Source: Rebecca billardiae RCC1528
Taxonomy: Eukaryota; Protista; Haptophyta
Direction: 5' to 3'
Length of the DNA: 64,000 nucleotides
Assembly: GCA_965240325.2 (NCBI GenBank)
Contig: OZ251222.1
Coordinates: forward strand, 3,720,001-3,784,000
The notes under the pieces are model-generated. The model saw only the letters and a list, made by a program, of their open reading frames with translations. It ran no database searches and was not told where the DNA came from. Positions 56,701-64,000 of this stretch are shown here, in pieces. Each line of letters begins with the position of its first letter. Within the stretch, counting starts at the first letter, position 1. Position numbers and translations under genes: made by a program.

Positions 56701-57013
56701 GTCACCGCCGCCCGGCCCGCCACCCAGCCCGCCGCCGTCGCCGCCACCGGGCCCGCCGCCGGCATCGCCACCGAGCCCGCCACCGAGCCCGTCTCCGCCG
56801 TCGCCGCCGCCGTCACCACCGCCGTCGACTCCGCCGAGTCCGCCTCCATCGCCGCCGCCAACGCCGCCACCGTCGAAGCCCCCATCTCGACCCCCGTCGC
56901 CGCCTCCGAGCCCGCCACCCATCCTCCCACCGAGCCCGCCGCCGAGCCCGCCGCCGAGCCCGCCGCCACGCGCGCCGCCCACGCCGCCCCCCTCGCCGCC
57001 ACCGAGCCCGCCG
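37953..57013 (+). repeat. Coding (Ser-Pro-Pro-Pro)n tract, part 2 (~19 kb) with higher-order 477-bp and 1287-bp repeats
   Basis: Continuous SPPP frame. The marker GAGTCCGCCACCCAG recurs exactly every 477 bp from 45406 to 50653. Confidence 0.97.
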
Positions 57014-57599
57014 CTGCTCGCTCGCGTGGCGACGCCCTCCGCCGCCGCGAGCAGCAGCGTGCTGTTGCTCGCGGCGCTGCCCTCCGCGCTGCCCGTCGCG
57101 CCGCGCGGCGCGGCGCCGGGCGCGAGCGCGGCCGGCGGCAGCACGCTGCTGCTCCGCGGGCTGGGCTTCTTCGCTGGCCGGCCGCCGAGCGGCGCCGCCA
57201 ACGGCACCGCCAACGCGTCGGTGTGCGCGCTCTACGCCGCCACGCCGGGCGGAGGCCCTTCGGACGCGGAGCTGCTCGGCGGCGCGGTGCCGGCCGCGAC
57301 CTCTGCCGCGACAGTGTGGGCGGACGACGCGGCGGCGTGCGCGCTGCCCGCGGCGGCCGGTGCGGGCGAGTACCGCGTCGCGCTGTGGCTGGACGGGCGC
57401 GTCGCGCCCACGCTCTTCGGCCCGCCCGCGCTGCGCGTCTTCGACCCGGCCGCGCTGCACGTGGCCGCGCTGCTGCCGCCCGCCGGCCCAACGCGCGGCG
57501 ACACGCACGTGACGCTTGAGGGGCGCGGCTTCGACCTGCGTGGCGAGGGCGTGGGGCTGTGCTGCGTGCTGGCCGCGCCGACGTGGGCGAACGGCACGT

Positions 57600-57630
<31 letters not shown>

Positions 57631-60600
57631 GCAGCTGGGCGGCGGCTGCGTCGCGAACGCGACGCTGCTGCCGCCGCGCAACGGCACGGCGCGGGCGGCG
57701 TGCTCAGTGCCGCCCGCGCCGGGCGGCGGCGCGGCGGCGTACGCTCTTGAGATTGGGGCGTGGGCGGAGGCGCTCGAGGTGCCGGGCGCGCGCGCGGGCG
57801 GCTGGCGCGCCGCGAGCGCCTCGACGCGGCCGTTCCACTACTACGACGAGCCGTCCGTCCTCGGCGTGAGCCCGGCGGTCGGGCACGCCCGGCTGACGGC
57901 CGTGACCGTGCACGGCGCCGGCTTCGACGCCCTCGCGGCCGCGGGGCACGGCGCGCTGCTGCGCTTTGCGTTTGGGCGCGCGGCGGCGGCGACGGCGCCG
58001 CTGGCGTCGCCCGCGCCCAACGGCTCGTCCGCCGTCGCGCTCGCCACGTACGCCACGCCCGGCCCCGCGCAGGTCTTCGTCTCGCTCAACGGCCGGCAGT
58101 TCGCGCCACATCCGGCGGCGGGCGGCGCGGGCGCGGGCGCGCCTGTCTTCTTCGAGTTTGGCGAGCTGCCGCGCGAGCCCGAGCTGGAGCGCGCGCGTTT
58201 TGGCGCGAGCGCGGGCTCGGCGGGCGGCGTGGGCGTCGAGCTCCTCTTCCTCGAGTTCGACCCGGGCCAGGCCACCGACCAGGCGGGCATGGGCGGCGCG
58301 GTGCGCGCGTGCGGCGCCGTGCTCGACGACCGCTCGCTGCAGCTCGTGCGGGCCGCGGCCGCGGGCGCGCCGCCGCCCACGTGCTACTGGCCCGACGCGT
58401 TCACGCTCGCCGTGCGGCTGGGCGCGGGCGCGGCGGTGCGCCCGGGCGATCGCGTCGGCGTGCGCGCCGCCGCCGTGCGCCCGGCCGCGTGCGCCGCCGC
58501 CGCCGCCGCGCTCACGAGCGCCGCGCTCCGCGCCGCGTGCGCCGGCCTCGAGCTGGGCGCGCTGAGCGTGGACATCGACGTGGACGCGCCGTGCGGCGCT
58601 GAGCGCGCGTGCCCCGTGCCCACGGCGGTGCTCGGCGGCCCGTCCGCCGTCTCGTCGTGCGAGGGCGCGGCGATCGAGCTCGACGGCGCCGCCTCCGCCG
58701 GCGGCGGCGGCGCGTTCGAGCTCTCCTACGAGTGGCGGCTCGCGCGAGCGCTGAGCGACGGGGGCGCGCGCGCGGACGCGCTCGACGCGGCGCTGCGCGC
58801 GGCGCCGCCTGACTCGCCGACGCTGCGGCTGGCGGGGCTGCCCGCCGTGCCGGGCGGCGGCGGCTCGCGGGGGTACACGTTCGCCATGCGCGTGCGCGCC
58901 GCCGCGCTCTTCGGCGCCGCCTCGGACGACGAGGGCTGGTCGGCGCCCGCGTGGCTGAGCGTGCGCCGCGCGCCGGGCGCGCCGCCGATCGTCGCCATTG
59001 AGGGGCCCGCGGCGCGCTCGGCGCGGGCGGAGGACGCGCTGCTGCTCTCGGCGCGCGTCGAGCTCGCGCCGTGCTGGCCCGCGAACGCGTCGGCGGGCGT
59101 GCGCTTCAGCTGGCGCCTGCTCCGCGCCGCCGACGCGGCCGCCGAGCCGGCGGGCGGCGGCGCGCCGGACGAGCCGGACGAGGCGGACGCGGCGCTCGGC
59201 GCGGCGCTCGCGAGCGCGCGCAGCTCGGTCCTCGCGCTGCCGCCGTGGTCGCTGCGCGCGGGGCGCGCGTACGCGCTCGAGCTGAGCGCGCGCATGGCGG
59301 ACGGCGCGTCCGCGCGCGCCACCGCGCGCGCCACCGTCACCGTCGTGCCGCAGCCGCTGCGCCTCGCGCTCGCCGGCGGCGACCGGCGCGCCGACAGCTC
59401 GGCCGAGCTGCGGATCGACGCGCGCGCGAGCGCGGACCCCAACGAGCCGCCGGCTGAGCCGGAGGCGGCGGGGCTGGCGTTCGAGTGGCGGGTGGAGGCG
59501 GGTGCGAACGCGAGCGGCGCGGGGCAGCTCGCGCCGCCGCGCCTCGCCGCGGCCGGCGGCCCCGTGCTCCGCGTGCCCGCGGGCGCGCTGCCCCCGGGCG
59601 AGTGGGTCGTGCGCGTGCGGCTGACCAAGCCGGGCCGCCAGGGCGCGGAGGGCGCGCTGCGCGTGCAGCTGGTGAACGGCAGCGCGCACGCGGCGGACGG
59701 GCTGCTGCCGATGCCGGCCGTGCGGCTCGAGCCGCTGCGGGTGCCCGTCGGCAGCCCGAGCTGGGCGCCCGGCGCGTCCGCCGCGCGCGTCGCGCTGCGC
59801 GCCGCGCTGGACGACGCGTCGCGCGCGCGCGCCGCCTCGGGCGCCGAGGCCTTTGCGTGGGCGTGGCGCGCGTCCGTGCTGCGGCCGGGCGGCGCGCGCT
59901 TCGACGCGGGCCTCGCGCTGGACGACGCGGAGCGCGTGACGGTGGCGGGCGCGGCGCTGCCCACGCTCGCGTTCCGCGACGGCGCGCTCACTGGCGGCGA
60001 GTCCTACCTCTTCGAGCTGCGCGTGCGCGGCAGCCGCTCGGCCGAGGCCCTCGTCTCCGCGGCCGTGCGCGTGGGCCGCCCCCCGTACGGCGGCGCGCTG
60101 CGCGTGCGCCCGCGGGCGGGGTACGCGCTGAGCACGCGCTTCGAGCTGCGCGCGACGGGCTGGCTCGACGACGGCGGCGGCGACGACGACGACGCGGGCG
60201 CGCTGCCGCTCTCCTACGCGTACGCGCACGCGCTCGAGGGCGCGCCCCTGGCCGACGCGGCGTCGCTCGGCGGCGGCGGCGCGGGCGTGTCCACGCTTCG
60301 CGGCGCGCGGCTGCCGGGCGGCAACCGCACCGCGCTCGTGCGCGTGAGCGACGCGTGGGGCGGCGCGGCGAGCGCGTGGGCGCGCGTCGAGGTGCGCGCG
60401 CCCTCTCGCGCGCAGCTGCTCGCGCGCGCGCCGCCGTCCGAGCGCGCCGCCGACCTCGATCTCGAGCTCGATCTCCGCCTCGGAGATCTCGATCTCGCGC
60501 CGCCGCCCGCCGCCAACGGCAGCGCCGTCGTCGACGACGCGCGCGCGGCGGGCTGGCTCGGGCTCGGCGCCGCGTGCGCCTCGCTGCTGCTCGAGGCGCG

Positions 60601-61400
60601 GCTGGCCGTGGAGGTGGGCGACTCGGCCGCGGCGCTGCAGCTGGTGGGCGTGCTGGGCTGGCTGCTCGAGTTCGCCGTCGCGGACGAGGCCGCCGCCCTC
60701 GCCGAGCGGAGCGGCGACGAGGCGGCGGGCGGCGTGCGCGGCGCCGCCGCCCTCGTGGGTGCTGTGCTCAACGTGACGGCGGCGGCGGCCGAGCTCGCGC
60801 CGCCCACCGCCGACGCGCGCGCGCAGTGGGCGGCGGCGCTCCGGCGCGCACCCGGCGGGCAGCGCGGCGCGGGGCTGGCGTGCGCGTCGCGCGCGCTCGC
60901 CATCGCCCAGGCCTCGCAGCTCGTCGGCGCCGCCGCGCTCGGCGGCGACGGGCTGGACGCGCGCACGGCGCGCGCCGCGTTTGCCGCGCTCGGCGCCGCG
61001 CTGGACGGCACCGAGCGCGCGTGCGCCGACGAGCCCGCGGGGGGCGCCGGTGTGCGCGAGGCGGCGAGCGGTGCCGCGACCGAGCTGGCGCGCGCCGCCC
61101 TCGCCCTCGCCCTCCCCGCCGAGCCGCCGCTCCTCCTCCTCAGCCCCGCGCTCGGCCTGAGCGCGGCGCGGCTGGACGTGGGGGCGCAGCTGACGGGCGG
61201 CGCGCCGCTGTGGCTGCCGGGCGCGGGCGGGAGCGGCGGTGCGCTCATGCCTCCCTCGCTCGGCGCGAGGCTCGGCGCGCTGGGCGCGGGGCTCGCGGTG
61301 GACGTGGTGCTGCTCAGCGCCGACGCGGGCGCGCGCGACGCCCTCGCGCTCCCCGCGGGCGCGAACGCCAGCAGCACCGCCTCCGCCTCCGCCTCCGCCG

Positions 61401-61434
<34 letters not shown>

Positions 61435-64000
61435 GCAGAGCGCGCGCGTGGCCACGGCCCTGTTGACGCTCGGCCTGTGGCAGCCGCTTGCTCCGGGGAG
61501 TCCGGGCGCGGGGGGGTCGGGGCTGGAGGGGCACGCGCAGTACGCGGTGCGCGAGCTGCCCGACGCGATCCTCCTCGCGCTGCCCCCGCCCCTCGCCGCC
61601 TCCAACCGCTCCGCCTCGGCCGCGCCCCCGCAGCCGCTGGGGCCGGCCGCGTGCCACTTCTGGGACGAGGCGGCGGGGCTGTGGTCGACGGAGGGCGTGG
61701 CGGCAGCGGGCGCGCCCCCGCCCGAGCTGCTGCCGCCCGGCGCGCTGGACGGGACGGCGGTGGCGCTGTTCTGCGCGACGCAGCACCTCACGCAGTTCGC
61801 CGGACTCTCGACGCCGCCGCGCGCGCCGCCGCCCAGCCCGCCGCGCCCGCCGGCCGACGGCGGCGGCGCGCTCGGCCTCCGCGTCGCGGCGGGCGTCGGC
61901 GTGAGCACCGGCCCGGCGGGCGGCTCGCTCGGCGGCGCCAAGCTGCTGCTGCTGGTGTACGCGCTGTCGGGCGCGTACGCGCTCGCGCTCGCGCTCGCGC
62001 TGGGCGCCGACACGCGCCGGCGGAAGGCGCACGCGCGCTGGCGCGCCTCCGAGCTGGGCGCCATCAGCCCGGACCCCCCGGACTCTCTGGCCGCGTCGGG
62101 CGCGTCGGGTGCGTCGGCCGCGTCGGCCAGCGGCGCGGGAGGCCTGCGCGGCCGCGCGCGCGTGCGCACGCGCGCCGCCGCCGAGCGCGCCGCCGCCGCC
62201 GAGGCGACGTTCGGCGCGGCGGCGTGGCGGAAGGGCGCGCCGCTCGACGCGCCGCCCAAGCCGCGCGGCTGCACGGACGGCGCGTGCAGCTTCGCCACCT
62301 CCGAGTCCTCCCTCGGTGGCAGCCTGAGCCTGAGTGTGCGCGCGAGCGCGAGCGCGCGCGGCGTGGCGCGCGAGCGCGCGCGCACCGGCGGAGCGCGCGG
62401 GGGCCGCACGCTGCCGACGCGCACGGCGCCGACTGCGGCGCGCGGCGCGCCCGGCGCCGAGCCAGTGCCGCCACCGGCCGCCACGCCGCCGTCGCCGCCG
62501 CCCAGCCCGCCGCCGCCACGCGCACCGCCGCCGCCGCCGCGCGCCGCGCACCGCACCGCGCCCGCCGCCGCGCTCAGCTGGTGGCGTGACGAGCACCCGC
62601 TGGGCGCGCTGCTCGGCTGGCAGCGCGCGGCGCTCGCGCCGGGCGCGGCGGAGCTGACGAGCTGCGTGTTTGGAGCGCTCGCGCTGCAGCTCGCGTGCAG
62701 CGCGGCGCTGGCGCGCGGCGGCGGCGCGGCGGGCGCCGAGGCGGCGGCGGGTGCCGAGTCGCGGGCTGCTGCGCTGCTGCTGCGCGCCGCGCTGTGCGCC
62801 GCGCTGGGCACGCCCGCGCGCGTCGCGCTCAGCGCCGTCTGGGCGCTCGCGCACGCGGGCGCGCGGCGCACGCCGAGCGCGCGGCTGCGCCGCGCCGTCG
62901 CCGAGCTGCTGGGTGAGGCGCAGCGCGGCGGCGGCGGCGGCGAGGCGGCGGCGCGCTCGGCACACGGCAGCGGCGCGCGCCCGTCGGCGGCGCGGCGGCG
63001 CACGCCCGCCGCCGCGGCGCCGCGGCCGCCGCAGCAGGACGGGCGCATGTCGCGCGTCGATGAGCTCGGCGGCGCCAAGCCCGGCGGCGCGGCGGGCGCC
63101 GAGCCGCCGCTGGGCGTGCTGGCACGCGTGGCGGGCGCGTGGCTCGGCGGCGCGCACGCGGCTGATTCCAAGGGCCGCGCCGCCGCGGAGTGCGCCCTCT
63201 CGCCCCCCTCGCCCTTCAGACTGGCGCAGGTCAGGCCGACCGAGCTCACGGCCGGCCGTGCGGACAGCGAGGGCGAGGACGAGGCGGCGGGCGGCGGCGC
63301 GCGCGAGGCGCCGAGCCCGCGCGGCAGGCTGATGGCGCCCAGCCGGCACAGCGCCGACGCCCCATCCGGCCGCAGCCCGACGGATCACGGCTCGGTGGCC
63401 GAGGGCGGCGACGTGGCGGGCGCGTGCGCGTGCGTGACGCCGGCGGGTGTGGCGGCCGAGCGCGGCCGCGCGCGCGCCGGGCCGTGGCACGCGGAGCGGC
63501 TCGAGGCGGCGAGCGCGCGCGCCGCGCGCGCCGAGCCGAGCGCGAGCGCCGCATCGCGCGAGGGCAGCGTGCGCGTGCGCGTCGCCGCGCGCTCGCGGCC
63601 ATGCAGCCCGCGCGCCGGGCTGACCGCGCCATTTGGGCTGGTGGAGCCGCGCCCGCCCTCGGCGCCGCAGGGCCGGGCGGCGTCCCCGCGCGCGCGGCAG
63701 GCCGAGGCGCCCGCCTCGAGCGCGCCGCGCGCCGCGCTGCCGGCGCGGGGCTGCGCCGAGGCGACCGCGCCGTGCGGCCTGTTCCAGCCCATGCTGGCGC
63801 GCACGCAGAGCGGAGGCGGCGGCGGCTGCGGCGGCGGCGGCGGCTGCAGCTTCAGCGCGGGGCGCGTGGTGCCGCTGGCGCGCTCCGGCACGGCGGCGGC
63901 GGCTGCGCCCGCGCCGCCGCCGCCGCCGCCCGAGCCGGCGGCGGGCGACGACGTTCCCACGTGGTGCCGCGCGCGCTGCGACCCGTCGGCGGCGGCTGGC
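37953..64000 (+). CDS. Giant surface protein, 3' part (partial): SPPP stalk, IPT/TIG domains, REJ/PKD-like module, GPS site and TM segments; polycystin-1/REJ-like
   Basis: One frame (codons starting at 37955) with no stop seen. PAGPTRGDTHVTLEGRGF and SPAVG..VTVHGAGF (IPT); LRIDARASADP..FEW and PPYGG.L.V.P..G.AL.T.F.L...GW.D..LPLSY (REJ-like); CHFWDEAAGLWSTEG...CATQHLTQFA (GPS, 61652-61801); hydrophobic LLLLVYALSGAYALALALAL. Confidence 0.85.

Noticed and set aside
37591-57213. 6540-aa Gly-rich ORF and the other long Gly/Ala/Arg-rich ORFs over the repeats (e.g. 16019-21769, 15662-21907, 16687-21927, 43434-52556)
   Set aside because: Shadow frames of the SPPP repeat. Variation is synonymous only in the SPPP frame, which also links to real domains.
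57704-63490. 1928-aa and 1011-aa minus-strand ORFs
   Set aside because: Antisense shadows of the plus-strand IPT/REJ/GPS coding frame.

Overview
Very GC-rich eukaryotic DNA with short GC-rich GTGCG...CAG introns, consistent with a microalga such as a haptophyte (inference). The main feature is an apparently complete 16,244-bp Polinton-like virus (PLV, 21709-37952) with perfect 83-bp terminal inverted repeats. It encodes protein-primed PolB, major and minor capsid proteins, an A32 packaging ATPase, a lipase, a LamG fibre-like protein, a GIY-YIG/T5orf172 nuclease, an ASCH-like protein and a CRESS-Rep-like SF3 helicase. I see no retroviral integrase or tyrosine recombinase. It sits with no target-site duplication inside a single Ser codon (A|GC) of a giant host surface-protein gene: RCC1 repeats, about 7,900 aa of Ser-Pro-Pro-Pro stalk, IPT, REJ-like, GPS and TM regions, running off the window end. 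Removing the element restores the host frame exactly. Upstream lie a secreted Pro/Cys-rich protein gene (minus strand, partial), two convergent tRNA-Ser genes and a single-pass membrane protein gene. There is also an odd 3.5-kb composite in which a Copia RT-RNaseH/PPT/LTR/PBS fragment is enclosed by ~540-bp inverted repeats capped by perfect 96-bp palindromes. All protein family calls come from motif reading, not database searches.
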